A DNA stretch of 64,000 nt from Vicugna vicugna (Eukaryota). The position numbers and the translations under genes are program-made. The notes beneath the pieces are model-generated. The model made no database searches. It worked only from the letters and a program-made list of their open reading frames with translations, and was not told where the DNA came from. The DNA is taken from contig MU058796.1 in NCBI GenBank assembly GCA_013265495.1, positions 62,001 to 126,000 of the forward strand. The letters are read 5' to 3'. Positions 52,285-64,000 of the stretch are shown here, one piece after another. Numbering within the stretch: position 1 is the first letter of the stretch; every line of letters starts with the position of its first letter.

Positions 52285-53160
52285 TGACACAGTGAAGCTT
52301 GAGGCCCCTGGGATCAGACATACAGAATGCCAACCTTTTTACCACCACCTATTAGATGTATAATTTTCAGCAAATTACTTTAACTTTTGGGTGCCTCCGT
52401 TGTCTTTGCTTTAGAATAAAAATAATGTTTTATTTCTTTTTTTAATCAAAGAGCGTTCTTACGAGAATTAAATGGGAATATGTTTTAATAAACATTTATA
52501 TAGTGGGTAGTATGTCTCAGACACAGTTCTAAGAACTTTCCCTACATTTACTCAATTAGTCCTCATAACAGACCTGTTAGGAAGGTTCTATTATGCCTCT
52601 TTATCACATTTTACATGTGACCTGGCCGAGGCCATACTGTTGGGGGAGGTCATCAAGAAGTGACCAGAGTTGACCCAAAAGCTGGACCTGGGCAGGTGCA
52701 GGCTCCATACCTGCTCCCCTGTCCATGGAACATATGTTCTACTTGCCTTCCCCATTCCCCAGAGCTGCCTCAAGGATAAAGCCTTGAGAGAGAAATGTTA
52801 TGCTGAGACTAGACGGTATATGTGACTGAACCCAGTTAAGGCCTCTGTATAAACTTAAGATTTGGTTGGTGGGTGCAGAAATCAATTCATCTTGCCACCA
52901 CCCAAGACAAGCCTTGTAAATAAGTTCACTTGCTTTATTAAAACTGCCACCTACCAGTCTGGAGTGGTCTGCCTCTTTCTTTCTTGGGTCTTTCTCTGCC
53001 ATCCAAGTATGGGTTGAAGGGAGGTCCGTGGAGGTGTTCAGATATTCAGCTCACACCCAGGAAGCTCCTGGGGTTGCAAAGCAACAATACAGAGAGTAAG
53101 AGGCAAGGCAGATTGAAACCCAGAATTTATGCTCCCGGCAACTTCACTCAGAGGCTCTGA
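52285..53160. mobile_element. Two tail-to-tail MIRs; the second is split by the ERV LTR
   Basis: Forward MIR at 52285-52500. The reverse MIR 'ccgaggccatac|agagagtaagaggcaaggcagattgaaacccag' continues across the LTR. Confidence 0.65.
52638..53086 (+). mobile_element. Solo ERV1-type LTR (449 bp)
   Basis: Inverted termini TGTTG...CAACA and a perfect 4-bp TSD atac (52634-52637/53087-53090). TATA-like tgtataaa at ~52846 and poly(A) signal attaaa at ~52937. Confidence 0.85.
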
Positions 53161-54388
53161 ATATACATAAAGCACAGACAAAAAGCCTGAAATGTAAGCA
53201 TTTAAAAATATTAATTATTGTCTGTTCAGCTATTTACAAATCTATATTCTGATTGGTAATCATTCCAACTTTCCTCAGACTAATACTGTTCTGTAGATGG
53301 AGAATTAGATCTCCTCTCCTTTTTCCTTCATTTCTTCCTCTCTTTCAGGAAAATTATCATTCTTTCTCTTCTCTCTTGGGTGCACTCTCATTAATTGCCT
53401 CTAATGGACAGATTTGTAACATTTTATTTTTTATTTTATTATAATAGACTAGTAGACAAACCAAGATTACTATAAAATACTTATAGACTTATGTAATATC
53501 TGAAGTGAATGTAAATGTGGCTTTAGCAAAGATTCTAAAAATCCATATTTACATTCTAAGACAATTTTCAGGCATTCTTCAGTAGTGTTACGATTTCAGT
53601 ACTTGTTCTAAATCATTTATTGTCTTCCCAACATCAAAATTACTGTGTTAGTTTATGCCACAAAGTACACAAATTCCACTTAATTTTATGAGGATTCAGT
53701 AACAGGCCAAAAAACATGCAAGTATTTTCTGAAGAATTCCCAGCCTATGAGGGGGAACATGCATGCTCAAAATTAAATTTCACTGAGATATCATCACTCA
53801 ACTCTACAAGAAAATTGGAAGACCAAAATCTTCTTTTGGCATTTGCCAGTGGTTTTGTGTTAACCTAGAATTGGACGATCTATTTTGGATAAGACATGAC
53901 CTGGATTCAAATCTTCTTCCACACATTCAGGGTACTATTTGGAATATTGATCGAAATATCATACCTTAAACAATATATCTCAGTTCTCAAAATAATAATA
54001 CAGGCTGTTTTCACAAGACTTTCTGCAACTTTCGAATACGTTAAAAAATCAGTTGGGTGATCTCCTCTCCCCATGAAAAAAGTCATTGTGGAATCATAAT
54101 CATGGCAGTATTATATATAATACTTTTATTTCATTGGCTTTTAAAATCCAATAAAATATCTCCTCATGAAAAGTTATAAAATTTTTGCCCTCTTGAAAAC
54201 GGTTATAATTAATCTGAGGTTTTAGACACATATTTAATCGATTAGTAGAAAAATTTCCATCTCTACTGTAATTATTGTGAAAACATTTGAGATGAGACTT
54301 TGAAAAACCTTTACCCATACATTAAACAATTTTGAATATTGGTCTTTTTTTTTTACTGAGCACAAACCAAGAGAAAATATACTCTCAC

Positions 54389-54409
54389 CTGCAGTATAAA
54401 AGATGTAGG
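54389..54409 (-). other. Candidate 21-nt microexon (or 3' end of a longer first exon)
   Basis: Minus strand reads ccatttctctctctag|CCTACATCTTTTATACTGCAG|gtgagagt. Confidence 0.45.
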
Positions 54410-57400
54410 CTAGAGAGAGAAATGGCCTCTGGTAGTTTTTACATCATGGAATTTTTTTTTTTTATCAGTGGAAATCACAGACCCTCTGTGTTAAGGGCTT
54501 CACAGTAGAATTTTCACCTTTCAAATACAATTTAGGTTGAACACTGTTTTGAGATAAGGCGTGAACTGAGTGACATCTTAGCATCTTTTGATCCCTCGCC
54601 TTGAAGAACTACGTGGGATCATAATAGCCCCAATCTTGAGTGGAGAAGTGGAACCAATTTTGCTAAAACATCTGAAATATACTCTTCCTAAATAGTAACA
54701 CCTGGTCATACAGAAAGTCCCAAGGAGTCTGTTCCCAGGAGATTCCGCAACCCAGTTTTCTGCTACCTGAGAGGCTGAGGTAATATAGCTAGGGTCAGGG
54801 AAACACAGCCATGGGTCCAGCCTCTGGGCTGCTCTTTAAATAGAACTGCTTTTCTGACTCTCCTCATTCTCAAGTTTGAATGCAAGGCAATTTCCACTAT
54901 TCCTATCGATATTTCTCTGTTAATTAAAAATAACAAACGACATTGTTGTCTGAGAGGAGTTATGCTCTCCGTGGTAGATGCCACCAGAGCCTGAAAATCA
55001 CTGACTTTGGGGAACGAGGAACTCTGCTCCCCAGTCAGCAACATCTGCGGTAGGAAAAGGGGACTCTGGAGGTTAAAACCAATTTAAGCTTGTCAATCTC
55101 TAGGCAAATGCTGCAGAGTCTTCACAAACGGCTTGTGATGAGGGCTGTGCTGAATGGAAATAAGCTCAGTCAACCTTCTGGTTTGGATCGTTGAAATCCA
55201 AACACTGGGCTTTTAAAAATGTGTTTATTTATTATTATTTTGTTGTGTTGGTTTTGGTTACATTTGGTGTACGCTCCTTATTCCTTGTCTGGTGTCACTG
55301 GAAGGACTGTGTGCTTCTGTGAGATGTGTTTTCCTCCCGTTTCAAGAAATCTTCATGGAGGAGTTCTTTGCTACCATCTGTACTTGGTTTAGGAGAGCTT
55401 TGATTAATAAGGACCACCCTATTGTTCATTTGTTTGACATGTGGAAATATTTGTAATCCATCCCTGGTGAGAGGGATTTCAGCAAGGATCTGGTTTGACT
55501 TTCAAACCCATGTTGCCAATGAAAACCAGCCTCCTGAATCCCAAGGTCAGTGAGGAACAAGCAAAGGTGTTTTATCCCCCCTTCACCCCTCCCGCAAACA
55601 CCAACACCTGTTAGAAGTGAGGTTGAAACGATCCTGTTGGAACTCGGGGACAGAGACCCAATTCCAACCTGAAAGAGGCTCTGATGTATGGCGTATAATG
55701 AGAGCTGGAGACTGCCCACAGCTACACATCATTATCATTCAGATCATGAAAGAAAATGAAATGGTTCAAGCAGATAACAGCTGTTTTTATTCTGCTTTTC
55801 AAAGATTCTCTTAAACAACCTGATCTCATTGCTTTTATTGAAGGGTGAACACCCAATTGTAAACATAGGAGAGATGCATTCTCATGATGTCAGTAATAAA
55901 AGCATGTATAAAGCAGCATGTGTATTCTGGAAAGCTAACTAACCATTAAAGCCAAGAAACATAGTCTGGCACAAATCTTATTATGTGTCCAAGAGGACTT
56001 GATGGTATGCACATAAGAAAATGTAATGAAACAGCGAAAAGGAGAAAAAAAGGGAGGGGAAGGAGCCAGAGGGTTGGGGGTGCAGAGTTTTATATCTGTG
56101 AGACGTTAGCAAAATTAGAGAAAGGCAAGGCTGCCAAGATCATCTGAGAAAAGGATTAGCGTAGCAAGTAGAAATGCAAGCAACTTGGTTTCTGTTTCAC
56201 TATATATTGTATTACGGAATCACCTCTTCGCATTTTTATCTATTAGTTACATAGACAATGAGGCTATATTACACAAGACACACACAGGGAAAAGGAAGAG
56301 GCCCAAGTCTTCCTTTTATCGGGACTTCAGATCTCATTTGGAGGGATGTACATCTATTGTGTCTGTAATTGCTGTGATCATTATCATAAGCATTCAGTGT
56401 GGCTTTCTGGAGGAATTCACCACACATTACTCATCAGAATTTTATAAAAATAAAATTGAATGTAAGGGAATTTTGACAGAGTAAACCTTATACAAAACCA
56501 GTATAATCAACATTTATCACAATTCTTTATTTTTGCAAAAAATAGGCAGTCTCTCCTAGAGTACTGTACAATGACAATGCTCATTTTGTAATATTTTCTT
56601 CTTATTTCAGTATAATAGATAACATTCTTTCTGAAACAGTCATATGTATTAATTAAAGTAGAAATAAATCATTCATCTGCTATACTTGATAATAAAAATT
56701 TTTGTGTCTGAGGAAAGCATATCTATCTATCTGTAAAGTTTACACCTAATGCTGGTTTATGACCCACATAAATCATCACATTAAACCAAAAGATGAGTTC
56801 AGCAAGCAATTTAAAATTGGAAATCTGCTGTTCATGTGCTTAGACTCGTGCTTAAAAAAAAAAAGTAGAAGGCATAAAAATGTCAGCTCCATAGATTTGC
56901 TGCTAAAAAATTCTTGTTCACCTGTGCATAAACTACAACTGCCCCCAAGGGTATGCAATTTTACAAAAGCAAATTAATCTCTTACCTGCCCAGTGCTCCA
57001 GCTATAATGTATTTCAAAACTGAACAATATAAACCACTAAATACGAGATTGTTTTCGATAGCCCTGCCAAAGGAAAACTATAATGCATGGTTTGAGGTCC
57101 TAAATTATAGCTGGATTTTCTGCTCTTAGATGTTCATTAGTTTATGTGGAAGGGGCCAATGAAATAAAGTAGCAACATCAGGTACTGTTACATGACTTTC
57201 TATTTATTTGACTCGAGTAGGAAATTACGTGGAGGCTTACACTGTTTTAAAAGGGCAGTCCCAGGAACCACATTCAGACTGAACTGCAAAAATATGTTCA
57301 ACAGTGTGAAAAATGCTGATTCCATGGACTCGCGTTAAAAGATAGAAGTAGTGTGTGCAACACACACACACACACACGTGATCATTGCTAATGACTTAAA

Positions 57401-59714
57401 CTAATATTCTCTAATATTCTATTCATCATGAACTGTGGCTCTGTTAGTTTTCCAGGTTCTGTATTATCTGGATTCCAAACTCCTGTCTTTTTCTTTCCTC
57501 CTAAGCACCAAGGTAGGGTCATTCTCCTATTGACTGGTATGTCCACAACTAAAAGACAAGTAGGAATAAAAGGAGGATACAAAGAAGGCATCCACTACCC
57601 TGGATAGAAACATAAAAAGGACACAGATTTATATCGATTAGCAGCTCTAAATATCTGATGAATAAATGGTTTTAAGCAACTGACCAAAATAAGTATTTTG
57701 AATCTGCAAATATATCCTGAAACACAACATGCATAGGTTAGGCAGCTAGTGTAGGCCCAGGGTATAGCCCTGAAATTCAGAGGATTGTTTCTATTTATGG
57801 CAATTAGATTGTCACACGGCTATGAAACATGAATCTGAATGCCAAATGAATTACAAGTTTGAAGGCTGAGCGCCAAGTGACTAAACATCTGTGAAGTGAA
57901 AATATCCCTGAACCAAGGCATGCTACTGTGTTGAAAACAATCCCTGATGCTGATCACTTTCCTGCTTCAGATGAAGTACATCTCTTCTGGTGGGAGCAGG
58001 CGTACTGATGGCTGTGTGAATTGTCATTCATCAAATCACAAACGGACACCCGCCCCTTTTTAGGTAAATCCACACAAATAAAATCACAACTTCTTAATAT
58101 CTCAAAGAAGGAAACCTGTGATTTGTTACCAAGGAAGGATAAATTTCACCTTTCCACTTCTCTAAGATTCATTGTGGTAATCCAAAATCAAGTGAGCGGA
58201 GACACTTTGAGAATCTGCCCCTTTACCCCCTGCCTCTGGTGTATTAATGACTACAAGATGTTGAATGCATATTTGAGCAGTAAGAAGAACCTCCTTCCCA
58301 AAGGGAAAACGAAACTGGGAACAGACGGCAGAGGAACAATAAATTAGTGGACAGGTCTAAAAAGCTCTGAATATCAGCACGTCCCAAAGCTTAGTATCAG
58401 AGCTGAGACTACTGCAGGATTTCTACGTCAAAGTCAGCACAAATATACTCTTTCATTATGACTTGTAGAAATGGCTTATTTTTCACAAACAGCTATTTTT
58501 CTTACATTGGAACTCAGTGTAGGATGCTAACAGTCAGCTTTCTGCTATTGCCTTTTTTGTCCTCGTCATAAAGTGTTTTACTAGCCAGCTTTAAAAAAAA
58601 AAAAAGTTAAAAAAATTAGAAAGGTAGGAGGATTTGTATTGGAAGTCAAGAACTGAATTGAGGTTCCTCTTTAAGGATAGGGTAGAACAAAAAGGGCCTT
58701 CTTTCAAAATGCTTATTTTGATTTTGAAAAATACTCCTGCTCAAGTGCCATTTTTTCCTTCCTTTACTTTTCTTTCATTTGTCTCACTTTTCCTTCATAC
58801 ATCCATGATGCAGATTAGCACAGGCCCCCAAGCCCCAGGCATCAAAGGAATTAGGTCAGACCCAGAAGAAATCAGGTTGCAGGCAAGGAAAAAATTAATA
58901 AAGTAGAAGCTATGGTAGCCTGGAACTTCACAGTCCTTCAGGCAGACTAAGGAGCCCTTGGCCTCAGATGTAACAGTATTAAGTAACGGGTATGAGTGGA
59001 AAAAAGCAGAAAAGAGGTTTGTGAGACCAAAGATTTTAATAATATTAGCAACATGATGATACGTTGAATTTATTTAAATTTAGGTAAGCTGAGTTCTCAG
59101 CCTTAAAACAATATTCTCAATTAAAAATAATTCCAGAAAACTTCTAGTACAATATCTGTTTTCCTATAATTTAGGTTTTATAAAGCTGTTTTGTATTTGT
59201 ATTCCACCTGAGATTAGTGGTATTTTAAAGTAAATAGTATCTATCTATAGGAAGTTCATTTTATGTTAGCATGTTTTATGCTTATTTACTCAAATAGCAT
59301 TATATGATCCACTTTTGGGTTATTCTAAGGGCAAAAGAGAGAGAGAGAGAGATTTTATTTAAAAATGTCCATGCTTAGTTCATTCTCCAGATGACCATTT
59401 TAGTTACCATTATTACTGCCTCCAGAATAATTGGAGGAGTAATTCGAATTCAACCTACCACATTATCCAAGGGCATTCTATGAATAGCTGCAACCCAGAG
59501 CAAGTTCTGGCAAAGACACAGAGGCAGCCGATCAGAGTCAGCAGTAACATTCAAGAGTGTTTTCCAGAGCTACCGAATGCAGATGAGAATATTACATGTT
59601 ATTTCTCAAACTGTAGGAAGTATTTTAGGAAAGATATTTTTCACAATCCTTAGATTAGCCATTATGTATTTTCTAAGCATTTTAAAGGCTTTTTTGGATA
59701 ATGAAATAAATCTT

Positions 59715-60290
59715 TGGATGATGCTAGTCACATTTATACATATCATCCTATTTGATCCTCCCAGACGCCCATGAGAGATATGTTGGTGTCATTAGCATCC
59801 TCATATGTGATTTAAAAAAACTGAAGCACATGCATTAAACAACATGACCAAGAGTTGGAAGGCGGCAGAGATAAAACCTGAGCTCAGGGCATCTAATTGA
59901 AGCTCTAGTGGCTTCTCCATCTTGCTGCAAACAGTTTTAACTTTCAGAAAAGGTGAAATCTCTTTGGTTTCTGAATGTAGTAAATCTCAGTTTGTGATAG
60001 CTCTTATACATCCCTTCAAACTGTTACTATTATAACCATTATTCTTATTGATAAGTTAATTTTAACAAAGGAAAAAAATGTTACCCTAGTTAATACACAT
60101 TAAGAGAGTATTTTATGCCAGATATACATACATTTTCCATTTATCAATTAATTTAATACTTACTATACGAAGTATAACATTATTATCCTCAATTTAAAGA
60201 AGGAGAAATTGAGTCAGAGGGGTATTGATTAATTTCCCCCAAGTTATCTGCTGACTGTAGAGCCAGGACATGTAACCATTAAGCTCTGTT
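59715..60290 (-). mobile_element. Two MIR fragments
   Basis: 'aaactgaagcac...catgaccaag...ggcggcagag' and 'attattatcctcaatttaaagaaggagaaattgag'. Confidence 0.6.
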
Positions 60291-60409
60291 GCCTCCTCAG
60301 GTCATTGTTAATTGAGTCATTGTATCTTGTGTGTAAAGGAGTGAAATTTTGTTAAATGACTGCACTGTGAATATAAATTAATACCAGTTATTTAAGGCAC
60401 ATTTTGCAT

Positions 60410-60720
60410 ATGCCATGCCTTTCATCTACAGTTCCTTTCCTCTTCATCATCTACCTAAATCTTCTTACTTATTTTTTAAAACTCAGCTTTGATGTTAGCC
60501 TTCCCAGACCCACCAATCTGGTTTACAAGCCCTATCCTCATAGGGTAGTGTTATCATAGCATCCATCACACGATGTAGTAATAATAGACTTCACTTTCTC
60601 TTAACTGGACTCTAAGCTCTGTGAGGGGAGTGGCTGCATCTTCTATGTCTTTATGTCACTAGCAGTGGTGCTTGTCATGTAGCAGACAGCCAAAACGGGT
60701 TGGGTTTATGAAGGGATGGA
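60410..60720 (+). mobile_element. L2 3' fragment
   Basis: 'ctggactctaagctctgtgagggg...tagcagtggtgcttgtcatgtagcag'. Confidence 0.65.
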
Positions 60721-60843
60721 ACAGTGAAATAAAGTGTAAATACTTTGTTGGGATAGAGGGGGGATTGGATGAAGGTTGGATGATGGAGGGATAGAGAGCT
60801 GGAAATAAAAAAGACTAAGTGACATATACATAGAGGGAATGTA

Positions 60844-61005
60844 TGAGTCAGCCCAATGTATTTGCCAGCTTTAAACAGACAGAGATTCTTGGACTTATTT
60901 CCAAAAATCAGATTTTTTTTAACTGACTCATTTTCCTATCTTATCTTTCAACACCATTCTTTCTTCTATTGTTTCCCTTTAATAGCTATTAATGATGACT
61001 CAGCA
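60844..61005. promoter_or_regulatory. AP-1/ARE (NRF2-MAF) motif cluster
   Basis: TGAGTCAGC at 60844, TGACTCA at 60924, ATGACTCAGCA at 60995-61005. Confidence 0.4.
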
Positions 61006-64000
61006 AGTTAGTAATAAATTTGCTCTTGGAAATGTCCTCTACTTTTCTGTTATCTGTATGCCAGAGCTTCTGAGTGTGATTTCATTCATCTTAAATCAGA
61101 CATCCAAGATACCTTTGGACAAAGGCGCTGTAGTACACTCCCTGGCTGAAGCCCTCCTTCCCCTCCACCATTTGCCTGCCAGGTGCTACTTGGAAGATTT
61201 GGCCTCACTTACCTCTACTTGATTTAGCAATGAAAACAGCATGAAATCTTAAACTTGCTGCCAAGCATGAATCTTCTACTTCAGAACAAATATATCATCC
61301 TACTTTTAACAAGGAACAGACCACTTCATATTTCCAATACTTACATATTATGCCACTCCAAGTGTCAAATTATATTTATACCTAGTAGAAGAAAAAAAAG
61401 ATTTCTTCATTAATAACCACAACATTGCACAAAAATATTAATTTCACCAAAAAAGGACATGAAAACTGCAGGCTACCATCAAGGATGCCTTTGTGATACC
61501 CTTTATGAATTTAATACTCTGTTAAGAATGTAGTTACAGAAGAGATATTTCACCATGAGATTAAGGGTTGTTTATAACCAGAGAAAAATCATCCATTATT
61601 TTGTTAGTTGCATCAGACAATTAGTTACTAGTCAAAGCTTAAACATATAATGGCAAGTAAAGATTGGCCTCTTAAAGTCAGTAGTTCACTGATTTTTGTC
61701 AAGAAAAAGAGTATACTAGATTTTTTTTTTGACTCTATCAGACAGCTTCTCATTTGCAATGTGATAAACTGTTTTCCAGAGTGGTATAGTTTATTCATTC
61801 ATTAATTTATTATATATTTATAAAGATCCCACCATTTGCCAGGCACTACAGTGTAGTGTATTTTCCGACTAGCGGCTAAATGTATTTTTTCTCTTTTACT
61901 ATGTTTTTGCCTCCAAAGACCTAGTGTTTATGACTATACAAACTAGCCAGTCAAAATCTCCAAACAAAATAACATTGGGAGCAAATTAAGCAAAATATCT
62001 GTGACTATATTTTAATTAACAGCCATAGTAGTTGCTCAGTTTACATAACATTAAATACTATAGATTTAAGTCAGCTAAAGAATACACAAACTCAAATTTT
62101 TGGTTGCTACTAACTGGCATGCCATCTTCTGGTATGTTAATTAGAAAATATGCAAAATGTCCATTTGATTCTTATTTTAATTTATCTTTATCAGTCAAAT
62201 ACGTGTTTATAAAACTTAAGTGCTGTCACAGTGTAGGAGTATGTGTATGTGTATATTTATGTATTTATACATGTGTAAATATATTAATATAGTATACATA
62301 TATTTAATTATAACATTTTATTTGCTACAGAAGTGTACCAAACCTATTTAGGATGCAAACAGTAAGGGGGGAAGAAATGGAGCCACATAGCCACAAAGCA
62401 TAGGAAGTTTGTGAAAATAACCTGAATCAATCAATATACAAACGTCATCGCAATTTTTAAAGGCTACCAACACAAACTTTTAAACCAAATTCAAAAGTAC
62501 AAGTTGGAAAATGTTTGCGGGTTATCAAAACATGCTTTCCGTCTAGCTCACTCTGTGCTGTCTCATATTCCTGCAAGTCTCACAGGATGCTTCTTAAACA
62601 CACTTCACCTTTCTTTCTTCAGTTTCAGGGTAGAAAGTGTCCCTTTAACTTCTGGAGACAGTAAATCACAGTGTGTGTGGTGGTTCTCAGAAGACACTTA
62701 AAGGACTGAATTGGATGCTCTACATAGCACCCTTGCCAAAAGAGTTCGGAAATGACTTCCAGCTTCCCACAGTAATAAAATGGCACTGTTTGGCATCTTT
62801 AAGGTAATAAAAGTGAATTTTTTCCATTCTAGTAAATGAGAAGAGAGGCCTGGTTGTTTTAAAAACTGATTAAAATTCATGTGTTTTCCTCAAATTATGG
62901 AGCGTGATATGAGCACACTTACATGTGAACTTCAGACCACCTCAGAGCATTATTATATCCAGCTCTCTGAGGGAAACAGGATGTGCTAGTTAGTGGGTGG
63001 GAGGGAGCCTGAGAAGGACCCGTCAGGTGCTGTGAATACTGAGGACATGATTCAATAGGTGGCACTCTTCCCTCTGAGTCAGCAGTGAATGAATTCAGAG
63101 CGTGCTCTTTGGAGGATATTATTGTGCTTGAAGGAAACGTTTGGGAAGTTCATAAATGTTTCTGGCACTGTTAAACAGCTGCTGAGTCTAATCACAGACT
63201 TTGGCTGTATTTTGGTGATGGGAAAAGCTCTAGAAAACAGGTTTCCTGTCTTTAAGAAAGAGGCTTACGTAAGGCATTATCGTCATTTGTATACAAGACA
63301 TTTTAAAATTCAGTTTCACTCCCCTCACCATTTCAAAGGAAAATCTTTTGTCATTCCTGTTTGACTCATACGGCCTATGAGGAAGTTTGATCATCTTCCA
63401 TTTCCCTTCTGGTTATTCATAAGGCACCTGCATCTCTTGTGATTTCTTCTAGACTACACAATGCTACCGACTGACAACAAACATTTTATAAAGGAAGACC
63501 ACCTTTCAGAAAAGGCACCTGAACATTAGAAACTTGCCAGCCAGCTTTCTATCCTTATTTCAACTGTACCAGAAGTGGAAGTTATAATTGTCTTAAGCAA
63601 AAAAACACAAGATGGATACATTTTACATATAGTCCAGCCCACATTTGTCTTTGTTTATAGGCTGCAATTAGAAGGCGATTACAAACAGATTAGTAGTATC
63701 GCAGAAGAATTTTTAATGACTTGCTGATTTCAGTTATTGCCAAATACCTTCATCTACCTGTCACATTCCTAATTAAGAGACAGCAATGTGTGTGTTTATA
63801 TAATCTCTTTGTTAAAATTATGCAAAAGTGGCCTCAATAGTTAGGGGCTAGTCCATTAATTAAGCAGACAAAACGATTAAAGCATTTAAACAGACCATTA
63901 CAAAAGAAGCAGGATGTAGACACACCCAGTTTAACAACAGTGGGGAAAAGACGTGTCCCTAACAAAGATAAAAGGGGAAAGGGAAATATTACCGCTGCTC

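Larger units (their letters stand above)
1..64000 (-). other. ZBTB20: Intronic/5'UTR region of a large minus-strand host gene (tentatively ZBTB20)
   Basis: No coding exons. Several small exon candidates with consensus splice sites all lie on the minus strand within repeat-poor blocks. The gene name is inferred from memory of a 40-nt non-coding ZBTB20 5'UTR exon resembling 13765-13804, and is not verified by any search. Confidence 0.4.

Noticed and set aside
249..63364. All ORFs in the supplied six-frame track as protein-coding genes
   Set aside because: They are short and low-complexity (F/L/I/K-rich), many start at non-ATG codons, and many overlap repeats. None resembles a known cellular protein.
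1..64000. Repeat orientation bias as evidence for the host strand
   Set aside because: L1 and LTR copies occur on both strands, so the pattern is uninformative.
1..64000. CRISPR arrays, operons, rRNA/tRNA genes, or a prokaryotic/viral system
   Set aside because: The sequence is mammalian non-coding DNA, with no regularly spaced repeats or structural RNA genes recognised.

Overview
AT-rich, CpG-depleted placental mammal DNA. It is probably laurasiatherian: I saw no Alu or B1/B2 elements, and there is a laurasiatherian-type L1 3' end at ~20.8 kb. No protein-coding exon can be supported. The supplied ORFs are chance ORFs or decayed repeat sequence (MaLR gag-like remnant, L1, CR1). Much of the window is old repeats: MIR, L2, L3/CR1, L1M, MLT1 LTRs with a MaLR internal segment, and hAT DNA transposons. 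One younger solo ERV1-type LTR has an intact TSD. Long repeat-poor stretches hold a series of small minus-strand exon candidates with good splice signals: 21 nt at 54.4 kb, 81 nt at 31.9 kb, 84 nt at 29.5 kb, 40 nt at 13.8 kb and 51 nt at 7.7 kb. They also hold several promoter/enhancer-like motif clusters. The best reading is intronic sequence of a large minus-strand gene with a multi-exon non-coding 5'UTR. The 40-nt exon recalls ZBTB20, but that is from memory and unverified. I found no convincing novel biological system. Repeat boundaries and subfamily names were assigned by eye and are approximate unless a TSD or TIR is cited.
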